The position numbers and the translations under genes were made by a program. A stretch of 58,359 nucleotides of DNA from an uncultured Planctomycetales bacterium (GTDB taxonomy: Bacteria > Omnitrophota > Gorgyraeia > Zapsychrales > JANLHA01), in assembly GCA_964400065.1 (NCBI GenBank), contig CAYNSM010000002.1, positions 1-58,359 on the forward strand. Reading direction: 5' to 3'. Of the stretch, positions 29,741 to 39,003 are shown piece after piece; within the stretch, counting starts at the first letter, position 1; each line of letters starts with the position of its first letter. The notes beneath the pieces are model-generated. The model worked only from the letters and a program-made list of their open reading frames with translations, ran no database searches and was not told the origin of the DNA.

Positions 29741-30016
29741 TTAAATGATTTGTTTTTTATTAAATAACGCGATGTTTCGCAAATATATGCCAATCTGCAA
29801 AATCGTGCTCACAAAAAACACTAAATCTTTTCTTTTAAAAACATAAACGAGCATCATTATAGATGCGACCAAACGGATTAACCAGAACTCTTTCGGTAGA
29901 TAACTTTTTTTCTTTTTTTCTGATTTATACCATTGAACAATCAAGCTGAAGAAAAAAAGTCCTTGAGCAAGAAAACCCCATAAAGTCCAAAAATCAACTT
30001 TCAAATCCTCAAACAT
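29741..30016 (-). CDS. small membrane protein with a lipid-A-biosynthesis N-terminal (LAB_N) domain
   Basis: 91 aa with SD GGAGG. LWGFLAQGLFFFSLIVQWYKSEKKKKSYLPKEFWLIRLVASIMMLVYVFKRKDLVF matches the LAB_N pattern (QW..SEk...s..P..FW..S..gs..ll.Y...r.D.vf). Confidence 0.7.
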   Translation of the reverse strand: MFEDLKVDFWTLWGFLAQGLFFFSLIVQWYKSEKKKKSYLPKEFWLIRLVASIMMLVYVFKRKDLVFFVSTILQIGIYLRNIALFNKKQII

Positions 30017-30037
30017 AACGCCGCCTCCAAAGTAATT

Positions 30038-31240
30038 TTAATTTGCCACATGATCGCCTAAAACCTTAATAATTTTATTTTGCTCGGATGCTGTCAATCC
30101 AACAGAAGACGGCAGACTCAAACCTTCACGGTATAGCTTTAATGATTTTTCTATTTTATAAGCGTCGCACCCTTTAAAAGCTTTAAGACTATGCAAAGGA
30201 TGCCAAAAGGGCCGGGCCTGAATTTTTTGCACTTCCAAAATTTTCATCAAGGCCCGGGAATCCATCCCGTATTTTTTGCGATCCACCAAAACTGTATAAA
30301 GCCACCAGATCGATTTTGCCCACGGAGCCTGTTGCGGCAAATGTAAGCCCGGAATCATTTTCAAGAACTCGGTATACTTTTGGGCAATCACAGTTTTTTT
30401 CGCAAGAAAACTCTCCAACTGTTCAAACTGCGCAAGCCCGACCGCCGCCTGCAAATTAGTTAAACGGTAATTGTATCCAATGCTGTTGTGAATGTATTCG
30501 ATAGGATCATCTTTAGCCTGCGTTGTCAAGTAAACGGCTCTCTGCGCAAGTTTTTGTGAATCTGTCAAAAGCATCCCGCCTCCGCCGCAAGTTATAACTT
30601 TGTTGCCATTAAAGCTTAAAACCGCAACATCACCCCATGCTCCTGCTTTCTTCCCGTCAGAGGCGGCACCCAAACTTTCGGCTGCGTCCTCGACAACCGC
30701 CAAATCAAATTTTTCTGCCAATGCCATAATAGGCTTCATGTTCACCGGATGCCCAAGCAAATGTACCGGCAAAAGCGCACGGACCCGACGCTTGGTTTTA
30801 CGATTAATCCATTGGCCTTTTTTACAAACACATTCTTTTGTCAAAAAATCCTGAAGCTTTTGCGGATCGATCTGAAAATACCGCTCATCCACATCCATAA
30901 ACAACGGCCAAGCCCCAATATAGCGAACTGCAAAAGCCGGCGCCGCAAACGTCAAATCTGGGACAATCACTTCCTCATCAGGTTGGATTCCCAAAACTAA
31001 CATGGCCATATGCAAAGCCGCCGTTGCGCTGACGCATGCAACAGCATATTTACGGCCAATAAAACGCGCAGAATATTGCTCAAGCTTTTTGACAAAAGGC
31101 CCAGCCGAAGAAACCCAGCCTGTATCGAGACACTGCTTAACGTACTTCCATTCATTACCGGAAATTTTTGGAACACTTAAAGCAATGAATGGATTACCAG
31201 ACACCTGCGCTATTATGCTCGTACTTGCCAAATTTTTCAT
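30038..31240 (-). CDS. DegT/DnrJ/EryC1/StrS family sugar aminotransferase (LegC/PglE-like candidate)
   Basis: The track start 31273 is TTG; the first ATG is at 31240. SVPKISGNEWKYVKQCLDTGWVSS, with the lysine in LSFNGNKVITCGGGGML. Confidence 0.88.
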   Translation of the reverse strand: MKNLASTSIIAQVSGNPFIALSVPKISGNEWKYVKQCLDTGWVSSAGPFVKKLEQYSARFIGRKYAVACVSATAALHMAMLVLGIQPDEEVIVPDLTFAAPAFAVRYIGAWPLFMDVDERYFQIDPQKLQDFLTKECVCKKGQWINRKTKRRVRALLPVHLLGHPVNMKPIMALAEKFDLAVVEDAAESLGAASDGKKAGAWGDVAVLSFNGNKVITCGGGGMLLTDSQKLAQRAVYLTTQAKDDPIEYIHNSIGYNYRLTNLQAAVGLAQFEQLESFLAKKTVIAQKYTEFLKMIPGLHLPQQAPWAKSIWWLYTVLVDRKKYGMDSRALMKILEVQKIQARPFWHPLHSLKAFKGCDAYKIEKSLKLYREGLSLPSSVGLTASEQNKIIKVLGDHVAN

Positions 31241-31265
31241 TACAGTTAAAACTTTCTGCCCATTT

Positions 31266-32009
31266 TTAATCAACTGTTTTTTTTACATGACAAATAAAAC
31301 TTTGTCCAACAATATGATATGGACACCACGGTTCAAATTCAAAATCCGGATGTTCGTTTACAAATTCTAAAAGAGCCCGTCGTTCTCCTTTCGAAGAATC
31401 AGCGCTAAAAGCATTATATTCATCCATCAATAAAACCGTCCCCTGCTGAATTTTTGGATAAACCAATGCCAAAGCGTCTTTAGCGGATTGGTAAAGATCA
31501 GAATCAATATTAATAATCGCTGCCAACTCCAGAGGCTTAAGCACATTTGGATCAATCTCAGCAAATAATCCTTTAAAAAGCTGACAGGAAACTTTGCGGT
31601 TTTCTAAAAGGATTCGAATCTCGTTTTGCGAACACTTAAACGTTCCCCCTCCATAATTTACGCATCCCTCATCATTAGCGGGAATGCCTTCAAAGGTGTC
31701 AAAACCATAAAACATCGCCTGAAACTGGCGAAAATCACTTATCGCCTTGCGGCGCCATTCTTCCGACGAATTATGTTGAGATTCAGCCCAATGACGATAC
31801 CGCAAATAGGTTTGCCATGAATCCAAAAAACTTTGCCCACGATAAAGACCAAACTCATAATAAGCACCCTTGATGTGATTTGAAAAAATAAACCCCCAAG
31901 CTCTTTCCAACATCCCAAGACGATCATTGCGATGAAGTCGTCCTCGAACAAACTGAAATTTTTCAAGCATCTCATTGATTGTTTTCTTAATCATCCCTAC
32001 ACTCTCCAT
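31266..32009 (-). CDS. TylF/MycF-type class I SAM-dependent (O-)methyltransferase
   Basis: The track start is TTG; ATG at 32009 or 31994. GAYYEFGLYRGQS, FYGFDTFEGIP and INIDSDLYQSAKDALALVYPKIQQGTVLLMDEYN match the TylF family pattern. Confidence 0.7.
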   Translation of the reverse strand: MESVGMIKKTINEMLEKFQFVRGRLHRNDRLGMLERAWGFIFSNHIKGAYYEFGLYRGQSFLDSWQTYLRYRHWAESQHNSSEEWRRKAISDFRQFQAMFYGFDTFEGIPANDEGCVNYGGGTFKCSQNEIRILLENRKVSCQLFKGLFAEIDPNVLKPLELAAIINIDSDLYQSAKDALALVYPKIQQGTVLLMDEYNAFSADSSKGERRALLEFVNEHPDFEFEPWCPYHIVGQSFICHVKKTVD

Positions 32010-32036
32010 TCTTTCACTCAATTGATAAAGTGTTTA

Positions 32037-32828
32037 TTACACAGCCGTCCATCCGCCATCGACCATGACGGTTGCCCCGCTCATATATGAAGAAGCGTCC
32101 GAAGCTAAAAACAAAACTGCTGACGCTATCTCATCAGCGCGTGCCATGCGGCCCAAAGGCGTTTGTTTCACATATTTTCTAACAAATTTTGGGTCTTGGG
32201 CATCTAAAACTCCACCCGGACAAACCGTATTGACCCGGATATTATACCGGCCGTAATAGGAAGCCAAATACCGGCTTAAATTGACGATCCCACCCTTTAC
32301 CACCGAATAAATAATCGGGACAGGTTTAACAGCACTATTTTCGTAAATATCAAATTTCCCGCCGACAATACCATAGATAGACCCCAAGTTAATAATACTG
32401 CCGCCCTTTTTTTTCATATATTTAGCAACGGTTGTACAACAGAAGGCCGTCGCGTTTAATTGGCTGTCCACATTCTGCCGCCACGATTGGGCAGAAACAT
32501 CTTCCGGCAAAACGCCCCAATCTTTGGTTCTGGGATACGCGCAGTTGACCCAAATATCAATGCCTTTTAAATTTTTGGCCAACGCCGCAACATGGCTCTC
32601 TAAATCATCCATTTGCGAAGCATCGAAAGAAAAAAAGGTCACTTTCATTTTGCCACGGGACAAAGCGTCGACGAGTTTTTCCCCAGAGACAACATTGGTA
32701 TCGGCAACAACGACGCTCGCATGAGCCTGCGCAAAAGCTGTCACAATCTCCCTACCCAACAATCCCGCACCGCCGGTAACAACAGCCTTTTTACCCTTGA
32801 GAGTAAATTTTCTTAAATAATCTGTCAT
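32037..32828 (-). CDS. short-chain dehydrogenase/reductase (classical SDR, PtmA-like position)
   Basis: 263 aa with VTGGAGLLG, YSVVKGG (YxxxK) and NTVCPGG. ATGA overlap with the cytidylyltransferase stop. Confidence 0.88.
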   Translation of the reverse strand: MTDYLRKFTLKGKKAVVTGGAGLLGREIVTAFAQAHASVVVADTNVVSGEKLVDALSRGKMKVTFFSFDASQMDDLESHVAALAKNLKGIDIWVNCAYPRTKDWGVLPEDVSAQSWRQNVDSQLNATAFCCTTVAKYMKKKGGSIINLGSIYGIVGGKFDIYENSAVKPVPIIYSVVKGGIVNLSRYLASYYGRYNIRVNTVCPGGVLDAQDPKFVRKYVKQTPLGRMARADEIASAVLFLASDASSYMSGATVMVDGGWTAV

Positions 32829-33544
32829 AACGTAACAACCCCTTTGTTGACTAAAAATTCAATCAATTGAAAGTCCACCTCAGAATCAATATCGAAAGCC
32901 GACCACTCCTGCATTTCCCAAACTAAAGTTTTATCCGACAAACAGGTTTTGGTTTGGGGATTTAAAATAAATTCTCTGTCATAAATATAGATCGAAGCAT
33001 TCATATCATAAACAGCCGGCGCATCCTGCCGTCTCAAAAAAGGTTTGACCGGCGTTTTAACAAGTTTGACAAAACCGTCCTGCTGGGCCTCTAGCATATT
33101 AAAATACGGGTTGCGCCGAGCGTTAGTCGCACTGACAACTGAATCAACCGGCCGCGAAAGAAACAATTGATAGGCACCTTCAATATCGCTGACCCTGCGA
33201 ATCGGCGCAGAAATATCCAAATCGACTATAATCGAATAAACGGTCTTATCCTGCTCCTCGACGGTTCTTAAAGCATGCTGCAAAACCGCAAGTTTCCCCA
33301 TCGAATCTGTTGCCAAATCAGCTGGACGCATGAAGGGAACTTGGGCGCCGTACTGTCTTGCAACTTGGGCAATTTCAGGACTATCAGTTGAACAAATAAT
33401 CTTATTCGCCCGGCCCCAGTTTTGAGCAGCCCTTAAGGTGTGGACGATCAAAGGCTGACCACATAAAATACGGATATTTTTATTTTTAACACCCTTAGAC
33501 CCGCCGCGGCCGCACACAGTTAAAAGAATTTTTGCTTTAGGCAT
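32825..33544 (-). CDS. acylneuraminate cytidylyltransferase family (CMP-nonulosonic acid synthetase, NeuA/LegF-like)
   Basis: 239 aa with CGRGGSKGVKNKNIRILCGQPLIVHT, typical of CTP_transf_3 enzymes. Confidence 0.85.
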   Translation of the reverse strand: MPKAKILLTVCGRGGSKGVKNKNIRILCGQPLIVHTLRAAQNWGRANKIICSTDSPEIAQVARQYGAQVPFMRPADLATDSMGKLAVLQHALRTVEEQDKTVYSIIVDLDISAPIRRVSDIEGAYQLFLSRPVDSVVSATNARRNPYFNMLEAQQDGFVKLVKTPVKPFLRRQDAPAVYDMNASIYIYDREFILNPQTKTCLSDKTLVWEMQEWSAFDIDSEVDFQLIEFLVNKGVVTL

Positions 33545-34466
33545 TTCTAAACTCCAAAATCCTTTTCAAAAGAATTTTTGTTTCTTTTAAATTATTCATT
33601 AGCTTAGGACGACTTAGATTTCTGAAGAAATATTCGGTTTGTTTTTTTAAATATGCATTGCGATCGACAGGAAATTTAAAACTGGATGACTTGCCTTTTA
33701 TTTGACAAACAACCGTATTATTAATCAAATCGCCCCTGATAAATCCATCCTTAAGATCAATTTGAATAGTCCTCTGCCTATCATGACTGGCAAAACTCAG
33801 ATGACAATTAACCACCGCGCCATTTTCCAAAGTAACCAAAGCATCGGCAAAATCCTCACTATCAACCGTAACCTCCCCCATGCGCCCATGGACTCCTGCA
33901 ATGTTCTTTATTTCTCCAAACAAAAAACGGATATAGTCAAATTCGTGCGAAAGATCCAAAATGACCCCGCCTCCCAAAGCCCGATAGGCTGAATAACTTT
34001 TTTTCGAATCCCCAGCCGGCCGCCACGCATGCAGCATCGACGAGCAAACCACGCAAGCATGAACAATTCTTTTACCTTTCAACAAAGATTTGATCTTGCC
34101 AATAACCGGATGAAAACGCAAACAGTAAGCAACATAGACGGCCAAATTCATTTTTTTGCTTATACGCGAAAGCTCCGTAATCCCTTTTAGGGAATCCGAC
34201 AAAGGCTTTTCAATAAAAAGATCCATACCTCGACGGGCACATTGCAAAGCCGTCGGCAAATGCTCACTCGTCGGATTTGTGATAAAAGCGACCTGCGGCT
34301 TTAAAAGGTCAACGTCCTTCCAACGTGTAATTTCAGGAATTCCAAAAAAATTCTTTGATAAGCTTTTACCCGAACGAAAAGCATAAAGTTCATGCTTAAA
34401 GTATTTACGCAAAATCGTAGCGTGGCGCACACCTATGGAACCTAAACCAAAAAAAAGAATTTTCAT
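33537..34466 (-). CDS. Gfo/Idh/MocA family oxidoreductase
   Basis: 309 aa with an N-terminal MKILFFGLGSIGVRH Rossmann motif and an EKPL motif. Confidence 0.85.
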   Translation of the reverse strand: MKILFFGLGSIGVRHATILRKYFKHELYAFRSGKSLSKNFFGIPEITRWKDVDLLKPQVAFITNPTSEHLPTALQCARRGMDLFIEKPLSDSLKGITELSRISKKMNLAVYVAYCLRFHPVIGKIKSLLKGKRIVHACVVCSSMLHAWRPAGDSKKSYSAYRALGGGVILDLSHEFDYIRFLFGEIKNIAGVHGRMGEVTVDSEDFADALVTLENGAVVNCHLSFASHDRQRTIQIDLKDGFIRGDLINNTVVCQIKGKSSSFKFPVDRNAYLKKQTEYFFRNLSRPKLMNNLKETKILLKRILEFRNA

Positions 34467-34480
34467 AATCAGTTTATAAA

Positions 34481-35458
34481 CTACCGCTTGAAAGTTTCTA
34501 AAGCTTTTAAAATATTTGTTGCATCTTCACGGGCGAGCTCTAAGTTTGTCGGATTAATCTTCTTGCCCTCTGGCGGCGTCAAATTCGAACGAAAGCCGCA
34601 AACGATACCCATTCCCTGCAAAATTTTTAAAGTTTCATCATTATAGGAATTTAAAGGATGCGACACACTTACCGTGTCTTGGCCGCAAATACGATAAAGA
34701 TGCTCCTGATTTTTCCTATACTGATCTTTTTGTTTTCGGACTGACAATTGCGCCAACGCAAAAGGATGTGTATACGAATGAAGTCCTATGCAATGACCTA
34801 AAGTGGAAAGTTTTTTAAGTTGCGCGTTTGACATCCAAAGGTTTCTAGCAAGACTTCCTATTGATGTCCCTTTCTCTTTGATCATCCCATCTAAAAGAGC
34901 TTCAAATTTTGTTTGCGATAGCAAATCATTTCTTACAAATCGATATCGTAAATCGTTAAGCGAATAAAACGGGAATATTTCTTTTTTTTGTCTTAGGTAA
35001 CGCAAGAATTCCTTTTCTTTTAACTGTGCCAAAACAGTTTGCGGACAGCGTGAAAAAAAATCGGCATAAAAATCGTCGATCCTACAAAAATATCTTGCCG
35101 CAAAAAAATGATACACTTCCGACTTAACGATTTTTCCCTCAAAAACAGCGGAAAAAACAAACCAAAAAGCTTTAAATCCGTACTTTTCCAAAACCGCAAG
35201 GCCAACATCAAACTGAGAACGTAAACCATCGTCAAAAGTCAAGCAAAGATGATGCCTAGCTAACTTATTTTCTTTAAGCTTAGTCAACCACTCCTCAGGC
35301 GAAAGGATGTTTTTAGGTCCGACATACTCAAGAATTGCCTCCAACTGCTTTGACGTTATGGATCCTTGCCCCGACGGTATTTGGCCTTCCTTATGAAACC
35401 GATGAAACATCAAGCCGTGTGCAAAACTTGCACGGTAACCCTTAGAAGACTCTCTCAT
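34481..35458 (-). CDS. polysaccharide deacetylase (NodB homology) family protein
   Basis: Start moved to ATG 35458, 4 nt after the upstream stop; the track ORF overlaps the neighbour by 68 nt. LTFDDGLRSQ (the D-D metal/catalytic motif) and later HSYTHP. Confidence 0.75.
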   Translation of the reverse strand: MRESSKGYRASFAHGLMFHRFHKEGQIPSGQGSITSKQLEAILEYVGPKNILSPEEWLTKLKENKLARHHLCLTFDDGLRSQFDVGLAVLEKYGFKAFWFVFSAVFEGKIVKSEVYHFFAARYFCRIDDFYADFFSRCPQTVLAQLKEKEFLRYLRQKKEIFPFYSLNDLRYRFVRNDLLSQTKFEALLDGMIKEKGTSIGSLARNLWMSNAQLKKLSTLGHCIGLHSYTHPFALAQLSVRKQKDQYRKNQEHLYRICGQDTVSVSHPLNSYNDETLKILQGMGIVCGFRSNLTPPEGKKINPTNLELAREDATNILKALETFKR

Positions 35459-35462
35459 TGTT

Positions 35463-36701
35463 TTAATCAAAATAACTTTCCAGTTTGCTGTCACGAACTG
35501 TGTCAAGTGTCGCACAATGAATACCGCCACCTTGTGTATAAATGTGCCGCATACGAATCGGAATAACCGTAAACTTATACTGCTCCAGCAAACGAATTAA
35601 ATTTGTTTGACGTTTGTCAACAATGACAGTTTGCGGATCGACCGAAAGGAAATTCATGCCCACCCACGGGGATGCCATATCTTTTAAATTTGTCTCAAAA
35701 CCTAAGGCTGCCAATTGCTGCGCCAGCGGATCACGAACATTTTTTTGAAAATCCAGTTCTTCTTGCGTTGTTGGAGCGACATCACCAAAATAAATCTTGT
35801 CCCATTTTTCAAAAATTTTCGGACAATTCTTTTCATTGACGCGGACATTGTTTAATAGCACAAGCCCTGGCTTTAAGCAAAGTACCGTTGAGTCAATATG
35901 GCTGGATCGATAAATATCCTCCGTTGTATGAACGCGATACTCTTCACCTAAAACACTTTGCAGCCACTTGGCCCCCATATAATTACCCGAGGAAGAAACC
36001 AAATAAAGCAAGTCTTTCCCCATCCGCAAAGTGTTTGCCGCCTCAAAAAGAATTTCCTCTTCACCTAACTTGTGGAGTTTTTCAAGCCGTCCGCCGGTTA
36101 ACTGCTGATACCGCACATCCTCGGGAGTCAAAGAACGCTCATTTTCATCACGATAATACGCCGTCAAAACTTCGCCAGCCAGTTTTGGTTTCGGTCCCGT
36201 GACCCAGCGAAGACCTTTAGCAAAATACTCATACCAGATGTCATACAAAGCGGTCGCTTCATAATAACGGCAGCGCAAAGGTGACGGACTTTCAATAACA
36301 TTATTACCAACAACCAGATGCAGGTCGCGGGTATTATAAATATTGTTGCTCGTTGAAGACCAGTGGGGACAGCAATACATTTGCGTAAGGTCATAAACAT
36401 TCGGACGAAAAACTTTAACACCGCAATTCCTTAACGCATCGCACAACCCTTCTAAATCTTCCCGGATTTCTTCAAGAAACCAATCCGGAAAAGCCTGGCG
36501 AGCCAAAACATACGCTTTTTGTTTAATATCTTCTGGAATCGGACCCGGCTTATTCCACGTTAAAGGCGCCATCGAACCTTGTGCGGTCCCGACAATAACT
36601 TCCCGCAATTTGTCCCACTCATTATGACTGTTGAGCTTTCCTTGAGAAACGGTAACCCCGCAGGCAATTTTTTCATCTACTTTTGCTAAAATATTATTCA
36701 T
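35463..36701 (-). CDS. amidinotransferase (glycine / scyllo-inosamine-phosphate amidinotransferase family, GME superfamily)
   Basis: 412 aa with SD AAGGAG. The N-terminal HNEWDKLREVIVGTA resembles AGAT/StrB1 N-termini. SSHIDSTVLCLKPGLVLLN carries the His/Asp region. The C-terminal GGGIHCATLD carries the catalytic-Cys motif. Confidence 0.75.
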   Translation of the reverse strand: MNNILAKVDEKIACGVTVSQGKLNSHNEWDKLREVIVGTAQGSMAPLTWNKPGPIPEDIKQKAYVLARQAFPDWFLEEIREDLEGLCDALRNCGVKVFRPNVYDLTQMYCCPHWSSTSNNIYNTRDLHLVVGNNVIESPSPLRCRYYEATALYDIWYEYFAKGLRWVTGPKPKLAGEVLTAYYRDENERSLTPEDVRYQQLTGGRLEKLHKLGEEEILFEAANTLRMGKDLLYLVSSSGNYMGAKWLQSVLGEEYRVHTTEDIYRSSHIDSTVLCLKPGLVLLNNVRVNEKNCPKIFEKWDKIYFGDVAPTTQEELDFQKNVRDPLAQQLAALGFETNLKDMASPWVGMNFLSVDPQTVIVDKRQTNLIRLLEQYKFTVIPIRMRHIYTQGGGIHCATLDTVRDSKLESYFD

Positions 36702-36740
36702 CCTATTCTCCTTTCAATCTAAAACCATTCCAAAATAAAA

Positions 36741-37811
36741 TTATATCTTTTTTCCAAAACCGGGGACGCCCTTGTAATACTCATCCCATTGCCCAACATC
36801 GATCCATGAGCGCTCAGGGATCGGGAAAGCGCCAACCCGCAAACCTTTTTTCTTGACTTTAACCACCAGCTCGTTAAAATTTAAAAACTTATTTTTAGGA
36901 ATAAGTGACAAAACTTTCCTGTCCATCACATAAAGTCCGGTATTAACCAACAAATCGTACTCCGGCTTTTCACGGATTTCCTTTAGCCTGCCCCCTTTTT
37001 CTATTTCACAAACGCCATACGGAATCACATAATGCTTGCAAGAAACAATAATTGTCAAATCATATTTCATGTCCTGATGAAAATGCAACAGCTCCGCATA
37101 ATCCACATCAATAAGAACATCACAATTCGTGACAAAAAAAGAATCCTTAAATTTCCCTTCTAACAGCTTAAGACTCCCCACCGTACCCAAAGGTTTATTT
37201 TCCTCCACATAGGTCAAGTGATATCCGGCATTCATTTCCTCAAAATAAGATTTGATCATCCGAGATTTATGATTAACTGAAATAAAAAAATCCTTAATGC
37301 CATATTGATTAAAATTATCCATTATGACTTCAATAACTGGTTTATCTCCAACAGGAATCAAAGGTTTTGGCAAAATACGCGTAAAAGGATCTAGCCGCGT
37401 ACCTTTACCACCAGCCATAATAACGACCGGCACCGTCAATTGTTCTCTATGGGTTTGCGCCTTGCCGGCAAAAATATTCTCCCACGTTAGAACATCAATA
37501 ATCGTATTTTTCTCATCCACGACCGCAATAGCCTGTAGTTTAAAACGCAGCATCGTGTCACGAACAAAATCCTGAGAATAATTTTCGGTAACTTTAATCG
37601 GATTTTTATTACAAATTTTTTCGACTTTATCACGGATCGATCCACCCTTGAGAATCCATTTACGAATGTCCCCGTCGCTTAAAGCACCGACAAGAGATCT
37701 ATCAGCGCTGGTTACAAAAAGTTGTTTGGCACCGATTTCACTTAAATGGCGCATCGCCTGTTTTATCGTCTCGTGCCGATCGATGACAAAATCCTTAATC
37801 CTGCTATCCAT
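36741..37811 (-). CDS. CBS-domain pair + sugar-phosphate nucleotidyltransferase (PtmE-like)
   Basis: 356 aa. The N-terminal ~120 aa form a CBS pair (LFVTSADRSLVGALSDGDIRK...AVVDEKNTIIDVLT). This is followed by MAGGKGTRLDPFTRILPKPLIPV, the NTP_transferase signature. Confidence 0.85.
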   Translation of the reverse strand: MDSRIKDFVIDRHETIKQAMRHLSEIGAKQLFVTSADRSLVGALSDGDIRKWILKGGSIRDKVEKICNKNPIKVTENYSQDFVRDTMLRFKLQAIAVVDEKNTIIDVLTWENIFAGKAQTHREQLTVPVVIMAGGKGTRLDPFTRILPKPLIPVGDKPVIEVIMDNFNQYGIKDFFISVNHKSRMIKSYFEEMNAGYHLTYVEENKPLGTVGSLKLLEGKFKDSFFVTNCDVLIDVDYAELLHFHQDMKYDLTIIVSCKHYVIPYGVCEIEKGGRLKEIREKPEYDLLVNTGLYVMDRKVLSLIPKNKFLNFNELVVKVKKKGLRVGAFPIPERSWIDVGQWDEYYKGVPGFGKKI

Positions 37812-39003
37812 GCTTTTGCGTCCCTTGTAAATTAAAAAATTCTTTTTTTAAAATACGTCCACTGATATTAACACATTTTAATTGTTCCTTAATCCGCTGG
37901 CCTGTTTTTCCATCGGTAAATCGTTCATATGGATTCTTTATTCCCAAAAGTGATCTTCTAAACGATGGCGAAAACGCTTTGGCTATCGCTTTGTTAATCG
38001 CTTTGCTCTCGGATGGGACATCAATGATATTTTTCGCGTGAATACGCCCCTTTTGACGGTCACCAATATTAACAACTGCTAAGCCAAAAGACGGCGCTTC
38101 AATTATCCCGCTTGAAGAATTGCCGATCATAAGATCAAAACTTCGCAAACAGCTCCAATACTTTTGTTGACCAAGATTATCAACAAGACGATAACGAACC
38201 GGATCCGTTTTACAAAACCGCAAAACTTCCTTATTAATAATGCGCCCCTGCGCATCCATATTCGCCTTGGTAAAAACCACTTTTAAACCCGACGCCGAAA
38301 CTGCCGTTAAAACAGCTTTCAAGTGTATCAAAAAAGAATCTCTCTCGAGCGTCGCCGGATGAAAAGTGGCAATAGCACAGCGTCCACTCAAATCAAATTT
38401 CAACGTCGCGGATAACTCGTCCTTGGATAAAAACGCGATCGTCCGCAAGGCATCCAAACCCGGCGCACCAAAATTAAAAACATTCTTCGGCTGCTCCCCT
38501 AATTGAATAATACGCTGACGGTACTGCTCTGTTGCAGCAAAATGGATATGCGCCATTTTTGTCATCCCGTGACGAAACCCTTCATCAAGCGCACCTTCTG
38601 ACGATTCGCCACCATGCAAATGGGCAATAACATGATTTGTACTATAAGCAGCAATCGTTGCCCCAAAAATTTCATAGCGATCACCTAAAACAACAACAAT
38701 ATCCGGATTAAGCCGCGCAAACGTGTCCACGAAGCCGTGACAGGCCAAACCAATGCGTTTTGTAATCCCATGGGGAGAATCATCGAATTTTGATATATTA
38801 ACTTTTGCAGCAATGACAAAACCGTCTTTTTCGATCTGCCGATACGTCTGCCCCTGTTCTTTAGAAAGATGCGAACCGGTTGCAATAATCTGCAATTTGA
38901 TAGCCGAATCCAAAGCGCACGCACGCATCAGACTTTGCAAATGACCGTAATCCGCGCGCGAACCGCTTACGATACAAATTTTTCTTATTTTATTTTTGCC
39001 CAT
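37804..39003 (-). CDS. neuC: UDP/GDP-N-acetylhexosamine 2-epimerase (hydrolysing), NeuC/LegG-like
   Basis: 399 aa with ICIVSGSRADYGHL, VVLGDRYE, AHLHGGE and HFAAT motifs of hydrolysing 2-epimerases. Confidence 0.9.
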   Translation of the reverse strand: MGKNKIRKICIVSGSRADYGHLQSLMRACALDSAIKLQIIATGSHLSKEQGQTYRQIEKDGFVIAAKVNISKFDDSPHGITKRIGLACHGFVDTFARLNPDIVVVLGDRYEIFGATIAAYSTNHVIAHLHGGESSEGALDEGFRHGMTKMAHIHFAATEQYRQRIIQLGEQPKNVFNFGAPGLDALRTIAFLSKDELSATLKFDLSGRCAIATFHPATLERDSFLIHLKAVLTAVSASGLKVVFTKANMDAQGRIINKEVLRFCKTDPVRYRLVDNLGQQKYWSCLRSFDLMIGNSSSGIIEAPSFGLAVVNIGDRQKGRIHAKNIIDVPSESKAINKAIAKAFSPSFRRSLLGIKNPYERFTDGKTGQRIKEQLKCVNISGRILKKEFFNLQGTQKHG

